Assembly: GCA_043721835.1 (NCBI GenBank)
Contig: JAYSQD010000111.1
Span: 60,703-124,702, forward strand
Length of the DNA stretch: 64,000 bases
DNA from: Arenimonas sp.
Lineage (GTDB): Bacteria > Pseudomonadota > Gammaproteobacteria > Xanthomonadales > Xanthomonadaceae
Direction: 5' to 3'
Shown: positions 37,181-47,325 of the stretch, in pieces
Layout: every line of letters starts with the position of its first letter
How positions within the stretch are numbered: position 1 is the first letter of the stretch
The notes under the pieces: model-generated
Databases searched by the model: none
What the model saw: the letters and a program-made list of their open reading frames with translations, nothing else
What the model was told of the DNA's origin: nothing
Made by a program: the position numbers and the translations under genes

Positions 37181-37388
37181 TAATAGGGGCTTGGGGCTGG
37201 AGGCTAGGGATTATGGCTTCGTCAAAAAAATCTAAATTATACTAATCCTGCGTTTCATTGATTTAATCACATGATGATTTAACGCTAGCAATTTGGAGGC
37301 AGCATACCAGCAGAAAAGCCTCCAATCCGTAGCCCCCAGCCCCGGCTCTTAAAGGCATACAATACGCCATCGTAAAGGGAAGCTCATC

Positions 37389-38771
37389 ATGGCGGTTAGT
37401 ACGTTTGATTTATTCAAGATCGGCATTGGGCCGTCTTCTTCGCATACCGTAGGTCCGATGCGCGCGGCGGTTCGCTTTGCACAACGCTGGTTGCGCGATA
37501 CCGACTTGATGAAAAACACGACACGCGTTCGTGTGGAATTATTTGGTTCACTGGCGCTCACGGGTCGTGGCCACGGCACCGACAAAGCCATATTGATGGG
37601 GCTTGAAGGTCATTGGCCGAATGAAATAAATCCCGACGATATTCCCGACACGCTCGCTCGCATACGTAAAGACAAAAAACTTCTCGTCTTGAATACCCAT
37701 GAAATTTCTTTCGACGAAAAAACCGATCTGGTATTCAACAAGCGACAAAAACTGCCGTTTCATTCCAATGGCATGCGCTTTACTGCCTACGACTCCGATG
37801 CCAATGTATTGGCAACTCGCGATTATTATTCGGTCGGCGGCGGCTTTGTCGTCAATCAGGATGAAGCCGCAGAAAATCGCATTGTGGCCGATACCACCGA
37901 ACTCAAATATCCCTTTCACAGTGGCGACGAACTTCTGGCACAGTGCGAAAAAAATAAAATTACCATTGCGCAGTTAATGTTTGAAAACGAAAAAGCCTGG
38001 CGTAACGAAGCTGAAATATTTGCAGGTCTGCGAGAAATTTGGTGCGCGATGCAAGACTGTGTTGCCCGCGGCATCCGTGAAGAAGGCATTTTACCCGGCG
38101 GCTTGAAAGTAGTGCGCCGCGCACCTGCCATGCATAACGATCTTGTGATGCGGCCCGAAGCCGCCATGAAAGACCCGCTCACCGTACTCGACTGGGTGAA
38201 TTTATATGCGCTCGCCGTCAACGAAGAAAATGCCGCCGGCGGTCGCGTCGTGACCGCTCCAACTAATGGTGCCGCCGGCATTATTCCTTCCGTGCTGCAT
38301 TATTTTGATCGCTTCTGTGCCAATGCCAGCGAACAAGGTGTGTTTGATTTTCTACTAACGGCATCGGCCATTGGCATTTTATATAAAGAAAATGCATCGA
38401 TCTCCGGCGCTGAAGTCGGTTGCCAAGGCGAAGTCGGCGTTGCCTGCTCGATGGCAGCAGGTGGTTTAACTGCTGCATTGGGCGGCAGTTTAGGGCAAGT
38501 CGAAAACGCTGCCGAAATTGGCATGGAACACAACCTTGGCCTTACCTGCGACCCTATAGGTGGCTTGGTGCAAATCCCCTGCATTGAGCGCAATGCGATG
38601 GGCGCGGTAAAGGCAATCAACGCCAGTCGCATGGCTTTGCGTGGCGATGGTAAACATCGGGTTTCGCTAGACAAGGTTATTAAAACCATGCGTGACACCG
38701 GTCGTGATATGGCCGAAAAATACAAGGAAACATCGCGTGGCGGGCTGGCCGTCAATGTTATCGAATGCTGA
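37389..38771 (+). CDS. sdaA: L-serine ammonia-lyase (iron-sulfur type)
   Basis: 460 aa with [22 protein letters not shown], ...GGGF and [13 protein letters not shown]. Confidence 0.95.
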   Translation: MAVSTFDLFKIGIGPSSSHTVGPMRAAVRFAQRWLRDTDLMKNTTRVRVELFGSLALTGRGHGTDKAILMGLEGHWPNEINPDDIPDTLARIRKDKKLLVLNTHEISFDEKTDLVFNKRQKLPFHSNGMRFTAYDSDANVLATRDYYSVGGGFVVNQDEAAENRIVADTTELKYPFHSGDELLAQCEKNKITIAQLMFENEKAWRNEAEIFAGLREIWCAMQDCVARGIREEGILPGGLKVVRRAPAMHNDLVMRPEAAMKDPLTVLDWVNLYALAVNEENAAGGRVVTAPTNGAAGIIPSVLHYFDRFCANASEQGVFDFLLTASAIGILYKENASISGAEVGCQGEVGVACSMAAGGLTAALGGSLGQVENAAEIGMEHNLGLTCDPIGGLVQIPCIERNAMGAVKAINASRMALRGDGKHRVSLDKVIKTMRDTGRDMAEKYKETSRGGLAVNVIEC

Positions 38772-38846
38772 TATCAAGATGCCATGCCCCTTGATTTCGG
38801 TCTAACATCGGTGCATAAAACAAGCATGGCTGCAACTGGATAACGC

Positions 38847-41030
38847 ATGACGCGTGTACTACTTTTTTTTGTTCTCTATCTGCTCGGCGCCTATCTTGCC
38901 GAGGCATTTATTCATGCGCCTGGCCAAGTGTCATTATTCTGGCCATCGTCTGGCCTAGCCCTTGGTTTTCTGATTCGTTATGGGTTGCGCTGGCTTATAG
39001 CACTCGTCTTCGCCATTGTGTTGGTACATCTTTTCATAAGTCCAGTACCTATCAGTTTTTTGTTTTTCTCCGTGATGAGTAATGTGACTGGCGGTGCGCT
39101 GGCGGCTATTTACGTGCGCCGTAAAAATTTACCTACTTTTATTTCAGTTCGTAGCGGCTTTGTCTTGTTACGTGGCGGAATAATCATGGCGAGTGTTAGT
39201 GCATTGATTGGCACGTTTGGCCTGCATGTTGCCGACATGATCGACAGTGAAACTCTCTGGCCAGCATTTGCAAAATGGGTTATGGGCGATTTGCTCGGCA
39301 TTATTAGCGTAGCGCCCACGGTTTTTTTATTGACCACTCATCCATCGACCAATCCCGACCAGCCCTTAAACAGCGAATATGGAAAAACCCGGGAAAAAAT
39401 AAGCTGGCTGATTTCCCTATTCTCTACCTATGCCTTGGTTTTTTTAGGCGGCAGCACTGGTAGCAATTACGCTCTTGGGCTATCGGCATTACCCATCGCC
39501 TTGATTATTTGGAGCTCGATTCGTTTTCAACCGATATGGACCGCCGCCGGCATTACCGTCACCATATTAATTTTGACTTCCATGACCGGCTTTGGCATGG
39601 CGGGTTTCAAACCGCCGGACACCTTAATCGATGCCGCGCTGTTACTGACTTTTTTATGCCTAATCTCGATTATTCCCTTGGTCTTGGTGGCTGCCAATCA
39701 CGAAAATAGAATTGCAACGCGAAAAATGATTCGCCGTGCAACCACCGATAGCGCCACCGGGCTTGCCAACCGTACTGCCTTTGAAGAAGCCGCCCGCGAA
39801 GCACTTGGCAAAAGTGGTTTACCACAAACACTGGCGTATCTTGATCTGGATCATTTTACTCTCGTCAACGACACTGCCAGCCACGCAGCGGGCGATGAAT
39901 TACTACAGGGCATTTCTTCATTGCTCGTCACCAAATTGCATGTTGGTGATCGTCTATTTCGAATTGGCGGCGATGAATTTGCATTGCTGCTACTTTGCGA
40001 AGGCAAAGAAGCCGAACTTCGTTGCCAGCGAATTCTACAAGCGATTGAGGCTTTTAGAATCGGCTGGGCATCCAATATGATTTCCACCACTGCCAGTATT
40101 GGCATGGTGACTTTGCGTCCAGGTCAAAGTGAATTTGCCGCCTTGCTTTCACAAGCCGATGCGGCTTGTTTTACTGCAAAAGAACTCGGTGGCAATCGCG
40201 TTTTTATTTCCAGTTTACTTGAACCACTATCACAAGATCGTACCGAAGCCATGCGTTGGGCCGTGCGTATTCGTGATGCACTCAATCAAAATTTGTTTGA
40301 AATTGATTGCCAAACCATAATCTCCTTAAAAAACCCGAGCGATCGCGGACGTTATTTTGAAGTATTACTTCGCATGCGAGACCCGGTAACCCAACAACGC
40401 TTATTGCCAGGGTATTTTATTCCGGCGGCCGAGCGCTTTCATCTCGGCACCCAAATTGATCGACATGTCGTTGAACTGGTCTTGAGTTGGATGGAAAAAC
40501 ATCCCGAAGCCGCCGAAACCGTCAGTGGCTGTTCGATTAATCTAACGGCCGCCTCCATGGTGGATGAAAGTTTTTCGCAATTTTTAAAAACCCGTATATT
40601 GACTTCAAGTTTTTCTGCCAGAAAAATTATTTTTGAAATTACCGAAACCAGCGCCGTGCGTGATTTGTCACGCGCACAAAACTTGATCAATGACATGCGG
40701 GCACTGGGCTGTCGGTTTGCACTGGATGATTTCGGCACTGGGTTTTGTTCATTTAATTATTTGCGAAACCTGGATGTAGATTACTTCAAAATTGACGGCA
40801 GCTTTGTCCGCGACCTGCAAAGCTCCTCTTTATCAACGGCAGTCATTAAATCGATTACCGACATCGCCCATGTGCTCAACAAAAAGACTACCGCTGAACA
40901 CTGCGAAAATGAGGAACTGGCAGAAATATTGCTGAGCCTGAACGTAGATTATGCGCAAGGCTTCGGCATTCACACTCCCGAACCCATAGACGAGTATTTT
41001 TCTGCCATAAGCTCTAAAATTAGCGAATGA
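38847..41030 (+). CDS. MASE1-GGDEF-EAL c-di-GMP signalling protein
   Basis: 727 aa with a polytopic N-terminal sensor, an intact RIGGDEFALLL motif, and an EAL domain carrying the EVL variant (YFEVLLRM) and DDFGTGF. Confidence 0.88.
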   Translation: MTRVLLFFVLYLLGAYLAEAFIHAPGQVSLFWPSSGLALGFLIRYGLRWLIALVFAIVLVHLFISPVPISFLFFSVMSNVTGGALAAIYVRRKNLPTFISVRSGFVLLRGGIIMASVSALIGTFGLHVADMIDSETLWPAFAKWVMGDLLGIISVAPTVFLLTTHPSTNPDQPLNSEYGKTREKISWLISLFSTYALVFLGGSTGSNYALGLSALPIALIIWSSIRFQPIWTAAGITVTILILTSMTGFGMAGFKPPDTLIDAALLLTFLCLISIIPLVLVAANHENRIATRKMIRRATTDSATGLANRTAFEEAAREALGKSGLPQTLAYLDLDHFTLVNDTASHAAGDELLQGISSLLVTKLHVGDRLFRIGGDEFALLLLCEGKEAELRCQRILQAIEAFRIGWASNMISTTASIGMVTLRPGQSEFAALLSQADAACFTAKELGGNRVFISSLLEPLSQDRTEAMRWAVRIRDALNQNLFEIDCQTIISLKNPSDRGRYFEVLLRMRDPVTQQRLLPGYFIPAAERFHLGTQIDRHVVELVLSWMEKHPEAAETVSGCSINLTAASMVDESFSQFLKTRILTSSFSARKIIFEITETSAVRDLSRAQNLINDMRALGCRFALDDFGTGFCSFNYLRNLDVDYFKIDGSFVRDLQSSSLSTAVIKSITDIAHVLNKKTTAEHCENEELAEILLSLNVDYAQGFGIHTPEPIDEYFSAISSKISE

Positions 41031-41938
41031 ATACACGTTATCTATTTTCCTGTGCTCTTGGTTTTTGTGGTTTCCTGATCATTGGCTTGCAGTTTGTGCC
41101 ATTGCCATTAATTGGAAACCAACAAGCCAATGGTCCGAAAAAACAAATACTAAAAAAATCTGCTGCACACAATGAAGCTGCAGGACAAGCCTCGCCTTCA
41201 TCATTTGGCAATGAAATAGAATTTGAAACAAACAATGGCATCGTTTATGTTTATGTCAACAACCTTTTGGCAGGTCCCTTGCAGGTGCAATTAAGTGCTG
41301 GCAGTTCAACTCGCAATATGGATGCTTGGCCTTCATTGCCCGTCACGTATGTGCTTGAAGCCAAGAAGCGAAAGTTACTCACTCAACTGCAAGCCATCGA
41401 CACCAATGCACCGATGATTCGTGATTTGCAAAGTTTGCGCATACCCGGCGACCCGCACGCCATTCCCGATGAAGTGAGCTATTCGCTCCCTATCGATGAA
41501 AAAAGTCGCTGGGAATTAGGCCAGGAATTTAACGGCGAATATTCACATCATGATGAACAAAATCGTTATGCCGTCGATTTTATTGTGCCTATCGGCACAC
41601 CCGTATTGGCAGCACGTGCCGGCGTGGTGATGGAAACCATCGCCAGTTACAGTACCGGCGGACAAAACGCAAAAATGTATGCCAATCGCGCTAACTTTAT
41701 CCGCATTCTGCATGACGACGGCAGCATGGCGCTTTATGCACACTTGAAAGAAAACGGCATTCTGGTAAGTACCGGCCAACGAGTCGGATTAGGTGAACCG
41801 ATTGCCTACTCCGGCAACACCGGTTTTTCCAGCGGCCCGCATTTACATTTTGCCTTGCAAATCAATACCGGCATGCGGCTGACATCGATTCCCTTTCAAA
41901 TGGTTGGGCCGCAGGGTTTTCTCCCATTGTCCCATTAG
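41027..41938 (+). CDS. M23 family metallopeptidase (secreted)
   Basis: 303 aa with an N-terminal TM/signal segment. The LytM-type motifs are HHDEQNRYAVDF and GNTGFSSGPHLHFAL. Its ATG overlaps the upstream stop (ATGA at 41027-41030). Confidence 0.85.
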   Translation: MNTRYLFSCALGFCGFLIIGLQFVPLPLIGNQQANGPKKQILKKSAAHNEAAGQASPSSFGNEIEFETNNGIVYVYVNNLLAGPLQVQLSAGSSTRNMDAWPSLPVTYVLEAKKRKLLTQLQAIDTNAPMIRDLQSLRIPGDPHAIPDEVSYSLPIDEKSRWELGQEFNGEYSHHDEQNRYAVDFIVPIGTPVLAARAGVVMETIASYSTGGQNAKMYANRANFIRILHDDGSMALYAHLKENGILVSTGQRVGLGEPIAYSGNTGFSSGPHLHFALQINTGMRLTSIPFQMVGPQGFLPLSH

Positions 41939-41973
41939 GGGCGCCCGCTTGCTGCGCCGGCCTTTGATGGCCA

Positions 41974-42029
41974 TGTGGGAGGGCCCTTGGGCAAGACCGA
42001 ATCCGTCGCCCGCAAGCGGCCTCCTACGG
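41974..42029. repeat. REP-like GC-rich element upstream of prfC
   Basis: The sequence tgtgggagggcccttgggcaagaccgaatccgtcgcccgcaagcggcctcctacgg has the tgtgggag / ctcctacg-type ends typical of proteobacterial REPs. Confidence 0.45.
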
Positions 42030-42136
42030 AAATATTATTCGGCGAACAATTCCTGCGAGCAGGGTTTCAGAGGCCTTACGCAGCTGAGCTTGCGATATAA
42101 TGCCGCCCTTGTCTTCAAGCCCTCGCGGCCCGCCTA

Positions 42137-43741
42137 ATGTCTGAACATCTGAACCAAACCCATCGACGCCGCACGTTTGCGATCGTCTCGCATCCCGATG
42201 CGGGTAAAACCACCCTCACCGAAAAATTATTATTATTCGGCGGTGCCATTCAAATGGCGGGCAGTGTCAAGTCGCGTAAAGCTGCTCGTCATGCCACTTC
42301 AGATTGGATGGCGCTGGAAAAAGAGCGTGGCATTTCGGTGACCTCATCGGTCATGCAATTTCCTTATGAAGATCGCATCATTAATTTGCTCGACACGCCA
42401 GGCCATGCCGACTTTTCGGAAGATACTTATCGCGTGCTTACAGCGGTCGATTCGGCATTGATGGTGATCGACTGCGCCAAGGGCGTTGAAGAACGCACGA
42501 TTAAATTAATGGAAGTTTGTCGCCTGCGTGACACGCCCATTATGACCTTCATCAATAAATTAGATCGCGAAGGTAAATCACCGATTGATTTGCTTGATGA
42601 AGTCGAGTCGGTGCTCGGCATTCAATGCGCGCCAATTACCTGGCCCATTGGCATGGGTTCGCGCTTGAAAGGTGTGGTGCACTTAATTAGCGGCGAAATC
42701 CATATCTACGAACAAGGGCGTAATTTCACACGGCAAGATTCCACCATTTTTTCATCGCTTGATGACCCGCAATTAGCCAGGCGTCTCGGTGCCGACATGC
42801 TGAGAGAAGTGCGCGAAGAACTGGAACTCGTCGAAGGTGCATCACATCCCTTCGATAAGGAAAAATATTTGTCCGGCCAGCAAACGCCGGTATTTTTTGG
42901 TTCGGCCGTGAATAATTTCGGCGTGCAATTGCTGCTGGATTTTTTCGTTGAACATGCACCAGCACCGAAATCACACGGCACTACCGGCCGTGAAATTCAA
43001 CCGGAAGAAGAAACTTTCTCCGGATTCGTCTTCAAAATTCAAGCCAATATGGACCCGCAACATCGTGACCGGGTTGCATTCATGCGCATTTGTTCTGGTC
43101 GTTTTGATGCAGGCATGAAAGCTTTTCATGTCCGCAGTGGCAAGGAACAAAAACTGGCTAACGCGCTTACCTTCATGGCGAGTGATCGTGAAATTGTCGA
43201 AACCGCCTATCCTGGCGACGTGATTGGTTTGCACAATCACGGCACTATTTCTATCGGCGATACCTTTACCGCAGGCGAGTCGGTCAGCTTTACCGGCATT
43301 CCAAATTTCGCACCCGAATTATTTCGACGTGCGCGCCTGCGTGACCCGTTAAAATTGAAACAACTGCAAAAAGGTTTGGCACAATTATCGGAAGAAGGTG
43401 CTACGCAATTCTTTCGGCCACTCATGAGCAATGATTTAATTCTTGGCGCGGTCGGCGTGCTCCAGTTTGAAGTCGTGGCGTATCGTTTAAAAGACGAATA
43501 CAGCGTCGATGCCAGCTTTGAGCCGGTGAGCGTTGCGACTGCCCGTTGGGTGCGTGGTGGCACTGCCAAAAAAATGGAAGAGTTTCGCGATAAAAACGCG
43601 ATGAACCTAGCGATTGATGCGGCCGGACAATTGGTTTATCTGGCGCCATCGCGGGTTAACCTGCAATTGACGCAGGAGCGCTGGCCCGACTTCACTTTTG
43701 CCGCAACACGTGAGCACGCCTATGCCATTAGCATTGATTGA
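42137..43741 (+). CDS. prfC: Peptide chain release factor 3
   Basis: 534 aa with [37 protein letters not shown] and NKLDR. Confidence 0.97.
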   Translation: MSEHLNQTHRRRTFAIVSHPDAGKTTLTEKLLLFGGAIQMAGSVKSRKAARHATSDWMALEKERGISVTSSVMQFPYEDRIINLLDTPGHADFSEDTYRVLTAVDSALMVIDCAKGVEERTIKLMEVCRLRDTPIMTFINKLDREGKSPIDLLDEVESVLGIQCAPITWPIGMGSRLKGVVHLISGEIHIYEQGRNFTRQDSTIFSSLDDPQLARRLGADMLREVREELELVEGASHPFDKEKYLSGQQTPVFFGSAVNNFGVQLLLDFFVEHAPAPKSHGTTGREIQPEEETFSGFVFKIQANMDPQHRDRVAFMRICSGRFDAGMKAFHVRSGKEQKLANALTFMASDREIVETAYPGDVIGLHNHGTISIGDTFTAGESVSFTGIPNFAPELFRRARLRDPLKLKQLQKGLAQLSEEGATQFFRPLMSNDLILGAVGVLQFEVVAYRLKDEYSVDASFEPVSVATARWVRGGTAKKMEEFRDKNAMNLAIDAAGQLVYLAPSRVNLQLTQERWPDFTFAATREHAYAISID

Positions 43742-43773
43742 GTGCAGCATTGATTGAGCGCAGTATTGATTGA
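43725..43773 (+). repeat. Three tandem ~16-bp units (GYGCAGYATTGATTGA) spanning the prfC stop codon
   Basis: The units are ccattagcattgattga, gtgcagcattgattga and gcgcagtattgattga, read directly from the sequence. Confidence 0.8.
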
Positions 43774-43811
43774 TCATAGTAAGGCATCCTCTACCTCCAC
43801 CAGGACAGGCC

Positions 43812-44159
43812 ATGTTTGAGCACAAGAAAAAACCGCTGTTGAACCCGCATCTGTTTTATCGCCGTGTATTGCTGCATAGCTCGATTTCATTGCTGGCCAT
43901 TGTGTTGGCGCTCGGCCTTGGTGTTATCGGGTATCACTTGCTTGGCAAATTGGGTTGGGTTGATTCCATATTGAATGCCTCGATGATTCTCGGCGGCATG
44001 GGTCCGGTGAATACTCTGGACGGCAATGCTGCAAAATTATTCTCGTCCGCTTACGCATTATTCTCGGGTTTATTTTTTATTGGTGTCGCCGCATTATTGA
44101 TTGCACCGTTTGCACATCGCCTGCTACACCGGTTTCATTTAGACGACAAAGATAAATAG
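43812..44159 (+). CDS. Small membrane protein, unknown function
   Basis: The ORF is open from 43770 and the likely ATG is at 43812 (MFEHKKKPLL). It has three hydrophobic spans. Confidence 0.55.
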   Translation: MFEHKKKPLLNPHLFYRRVLLHSSISLLAIVLALGLGVIGYHLLGKLGWVDSILNASMILGGMGPVNTLDGNAAKLFSSAYALFSGLFFIGVAALLIAPFAHRLLHRFHLDDKDK

Positions 44160-44237
44160 GCTTTTCATTTTAGGGTGACACCTCGATTTAATTCTGGCAC
44201 CGTCACACTCACAACGCGCCCTGACCATGAGTAATGT

Positions 44238-44873
44238 ATGACGGATATGCATGATGTTCGAGAAGAGCTTTGGAATGCCATTACCCACGGTCTTGGCGCC
44301 ATACTCAGCGTTGCCGGTGGCGCAGTATTAATAACGCTGGCGGCACTGAAAGGCACTAACTGGCAACTTATCAGCGCGATTGTTTTCACGATGGCATTGA
44401 TGCTGCTCTACACCGCATCAACTTTGTACCACTCCATTCCGCATATCAGCGCCAAACAAAAACTAAAAGTTTTTGACCACTGCGCTATTTATATTTTGAT
44501 CGCCGGCAGCTACACACCCTTCACCTTGATCGGCCTGCGTGAACATGGCGGCTGGTGGTTATTCGGCATCATTTGGACACTTGCTTTAGCAGGTGTGATC
44601 TTCAAATTGTTTTACACCGGCCGCTTTGAATTAGTCTCAACCCTGATTTACATCGGCATGGGCTGGCTAGTGGTTTTCGCCATCAAACCCATGCTGCAAC
44701 ATATCGATATGGCCACTTTAATCTGGCTGTTTGTCGGCGGCTTTTTCTATACCCTCGGCACCATTTTCTACATGAGCAAAAAAATCCGCTACACCCACGC
44801 CATCTGGCATGTATTCGTGATGCTAGGCAGCGCCAGCCACTTCGTCGCCATCAGCAGACAAGTCCTCTTGTAA
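44238..44873 (+). CDS. Hemolysin III / PAQR family membrane protein
   Basis: 211 aa with seven TM segments and the motifs EELWNAITHG, STLYH and HAIWHVFV. Confidence 0.9.
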   Translation: MTDMHDVREELWNAITHGLGAILSVAGGAVLITLAALKGTNWQLISAIVFTMALMLLYTASTLYHSIPHISAKQKLKVFDHCAIYILIAGSYTPFTLIGLREHGGWWLFGIIWTLALAGVIFKLFYTGRFELVSTLIYIGMGWLVVFAIKPMLQHIDMATLIWLFVGGFFYTLGTIFYMSKKIRYTHAIWHVFVMLGSASHFVAISRQVLL

Positions 44874-45053
44874 GAGCACTCACGAGCGCGATAAACCTGC
44901 GACGCAGTTGAAAATTACGTAGCCCGGGTCACGCTCCACTGACCCGGGATGGCCTGCGATTTTGCCAACACAAAAAGAAAACACAAAGGTTACAAAGCAA
45001 TCACAAAGGCCACAAAGATAAACCCGCAGGAGCGCTCACGAGCGCGAAAAACC
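44873..45053. repeat. Repeat-rich intergenic region: two direct REP copies (44873-44907, 45026-45053), a 9-bp-stem hairpin (44923-44948) and four CACAAAG-type short repeats
   Basis: The REP core is gCGCTCACGAGCGCGAtA/aA. The hairpin is cccgggtca-cgctccac-tgacccggg. The short repeats read cacaaaggttacaaagcaatcacaaaggccacaaag. Confidence 0.75.
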
Positions 45054-45128
45054 AGCTGAACTTAGGGCGATAGGAACACCCTCTCATCCGATGAAAATCT
45101 ACGCTTTTCATCGGATACCAGGCACACG

Positions 45129-45557
45129 CTAACTACTAATATACTGCTGCAAAGCCTGTATTTCTTGCTGTTGATCTTCAATCACCGCTTTCACTAAATC
45201 ACCAATCGACACCATTCCGATAATTTCTCCATTATCGCGCACAGGTAAATGACGACATTTTTTCTCCGTCATCAAACTCATGCATCTTTGCGCAGTGTCG
45301 CCGGGTGAAACGCAGAGTACCGGGCTGGTCATGATGTCGCTGATCGGCGTGTCGGCGGAATTTCTACCGAGTAGCACAACCTTTCTGGCGTAATCGCGTT
45401 CGGTGCTTATACCAGCAAGTTCATTGCCTTTCATCACCAACACGGCGGCAATATTATGTTCGGCCATTAGGCTGATGACATCACGTACGGTAGCAGTCGG
45501 GGCGACGCTGATAACGCGATGGCCTTTTTGATCCAAAATTTGCTGGACGTTGCGCAT
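45129..45557 (-). CDS. CBS-pair domain protein
   Basis: 142 aa reading VRDVISLMAEHNIAAVLV... and RHLPVRDNGEIIGMVSIGDL. Confidence 0.85.
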   Translation of the reverse strand: MRNVQQILDQKGHRVISVAPTATVRDVISLMAEHNIAAVLVMKGNELAGISTERDYARKVVLLGRNSADTPISDIMTSPVLCVSPGDTAQRCMSLMTEKKCRHLPVRDNGEIIGMVSIGDLVKAVIEDQQQEIQALQQYISS

Positions 45558-45558
45558 A

Positions 45559-46551
45559 TCAGCCTCCGTTTGGGTTGTGACTTGTGCTCTCTATCATATG
45601 CCTGTTGCGCGGTACTGGATATTGTTTGGCGATTAAATACAGTGGCCGCCGTTTGGTTTCCATATACAAACGCCCGAGGTATTCGCCCACCATACCCAGC
45701 GCCATGAGCTGCATGCCGCCGAGCAATAAAATTACGGTCATCATGGTTGGCCAGCCCTGTACGTTATCGCCCCAGACCAGGGTTTTCAAAACGATCCAGA
45801 GCCCGTAAATAAAGGCTAGCAAGGCAGTCAATAAGCCGATATAAGTTGCCAGCCGCAATGGCGCTGTTGAAAAACTGGTAATGCCTTCGAGTGCCAGATT
45901 CCATAAACGCCAGTAATTGAATTTACTCGCACCGGCAATTCGTGCTTGTCGTGTGTAGTGCAATGCGGTTTGCCGGAACCCGACCCAGGCAAATAGGCCT
46001 TTCATGAATCGTTGACGCTCACCCATTTGTGACAAGGCGTCCAGAACATTACGTGACAACAAACGGAAATCACCCGTATCGGCCGGGATGGCAATATTGG
46101 ACAATGAATTTATCACTCGATAAAACGCGGCTGAAGTTGCTCGCTTAAACCAGCTTTCGCCTTCACGTTCCGAACGCGTACCGTAAACAACATCAAACCC
46201 TTCCCGCCATTTCGCAATAAATTCAGGGATTAATTCCGGCGGATCTTGACCATCAGCATCGAGCACAATCAAGGCACTACTATCGTTTGCGACGTGATCC
46301 AAGCCTGCGGTAAGTGCAGCTTCCTTGCCGAAATTCCGTGATAAGCGAATGAGAGCAACGCGTGAATCTGACTCGGCGATTTTTTCGAGCAAGGCCCACG
46401 TGGCATCGGTACTACCGTCATCAATGTAAAGCATTTCAAATTCTGCATCGCAGTTTTTTATGGCATCGCAAAGACGCATATGCAGGGTCGGCAGACTGGC
46501 TTCTTCGTTATAGGCAGCAACCAGTAGGCTAATTTTTTCGTTTGTGCTCAT
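45559..46551 (-). CDS. Family 2 glycosyltransferase (polyprenyl-phosphate sugar transferase-like, two C-terminal TM segments)
   Basis: 330 aa with LLVAAYNEE, YIDDGSTD and LDADGQDPP, plus C-terminal hydrophobic helices. Confidence 0.85.
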   Translation of the reverse strand: MSTNEKISLLVAAYNEEASLPTLHMRLCDAIKNCDAEFEMLYIDDGSTDATWALLEKIAESDSRVALIRLSRNFGKEAALTAGLDHVANDSSALIVLDADGQDPPELIPEFIAKWREGFDVVYGTRSEREGESWFKRATSAAFYRVINSLSNIAIPADTGDFRLLSRNVLDALSQMGERQRFMKGLFAWVGFRQTALHYTRQARIAGASKFNYWRLWNLALEGITSFSTAPLRLATYIGLLTALLAFIYGLWIVLKTLVWGDNVQGWPTMMTVILLLGGMQLMALGMVGEYLGRLYMETKRRPLYLIAKQYPVPRNRHMIESTSHNPNGG

Positions 46552-46616
46552 GGCTGAATGGTAAAGGTTTTAAGCGACTTGTTGACATTATTCTATATTT
46601 CTGGAATTATCGAATA

Positions 46617-46937
46617 ATGGACAATACATCTGCACTCAATGCCTTAAAAGCACTCGCACAAGAAAGCCGCCTAGCTGCCTTCCGTTTACTGGTACAGGCC
46701 GGAGAGCCCGGCATGGCGGTCGGCGACTTACGTGAAGCATTGGATATTCCACCGGCCACATTAACGGCGCATCTAAATATTTTGCGTGCAGCGGGGTTAG
46801 TCTTAGACCAACGCCAGGGCCGGGTCATTCGCATCCGTGCCGATTATTCGCGCATGAATGCTTTGCAAGGCTTTCTCACAGAAAACTGCTGCCAAGGTGC
46901 TGTTTGTGAGACTTCAACTATTTGTAAAGAGTGCTGA
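46617..46937 (+). CDS. arsR: ArsR/SmtB family transcriptional repressor with a C-terminal Cys cluster
   Basis: The likely ATG is at 46617 (MDNTSALNALKALAQESRLAAFRLLV). It has a winged HTH and a C-terminal ENCCQGAVCETSTIC. Confidence 0.85.
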   Translation: MDNTSALNALKALAQESRLAAFRLLVQAGEPGMAVGDLREALDIPPATLTAHLNILRAAGLVLDQRQGRVIRIRADYSRMNALQGFLTENCCQGAVCETSTICKEC

Positions 46938-46938
46938 A

Positions 46939-47325
46939 ATGAAACGCATATTATTTGTCTGTGTGGAAAACTCCAATCGCAGCCAAATGGCGGAAGCCTT
47001 TGCGCATATTCATGGCGGTGATTCTGTTGATGCGCAAAGTGCTGGCTCAAAACCTTCGGGGGTAATTAACCCGAAAGCGATTCGCTTTATGGGTGAGTTG
47101 AATTACGACCTTAGTCGGCATGCTTCAAAATCGCTTGATGATATTGAAGGTGAGTTTGATGCCGTGATTACCATGGGTTGTGGCGATAACTGCCCCTGGG
47201 TGCCGACCAAATTACGCGAAGACTGGGGCTTGCCTGATCCGAAAAATATGGATGATGAAAATTACCGAATCGTTCGTGATGAAATTTCTGCGCGCGTAAA
47301 AAACCTACTGGCATCACTGGCATGA
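46939..47325 (+). CDS. arsC: Arsenate reductase, low-molecular-weight phosphatase type
   Basis: It starts at ATG 46939 and has the CX5R(S) P-loop (FVCVENSNRSQMAE) and downstream GCGDNCP. Confidence 0.85.
   Translation: MKRILFVCVENSNRSQMAEAFAHIHGGDSVDAQSAGSKPSGVINPKAIRFMGELNYDLSRHASKSLDDIEGEFDAVITMGCGDNCPWVPTKLREDWGLPDPKNMDDENYRIVRDEISARVKNLLASLA

Noticed and set aside
42076-42101. Sigma-70 promoter upstream of prfC (TATAAT at 42096-42101)
   Set aside because: The only -35-like hexamer (TTACGC at 42076-42081) is 14 nt away, which is too short a spacer. It is not reported as a feature.
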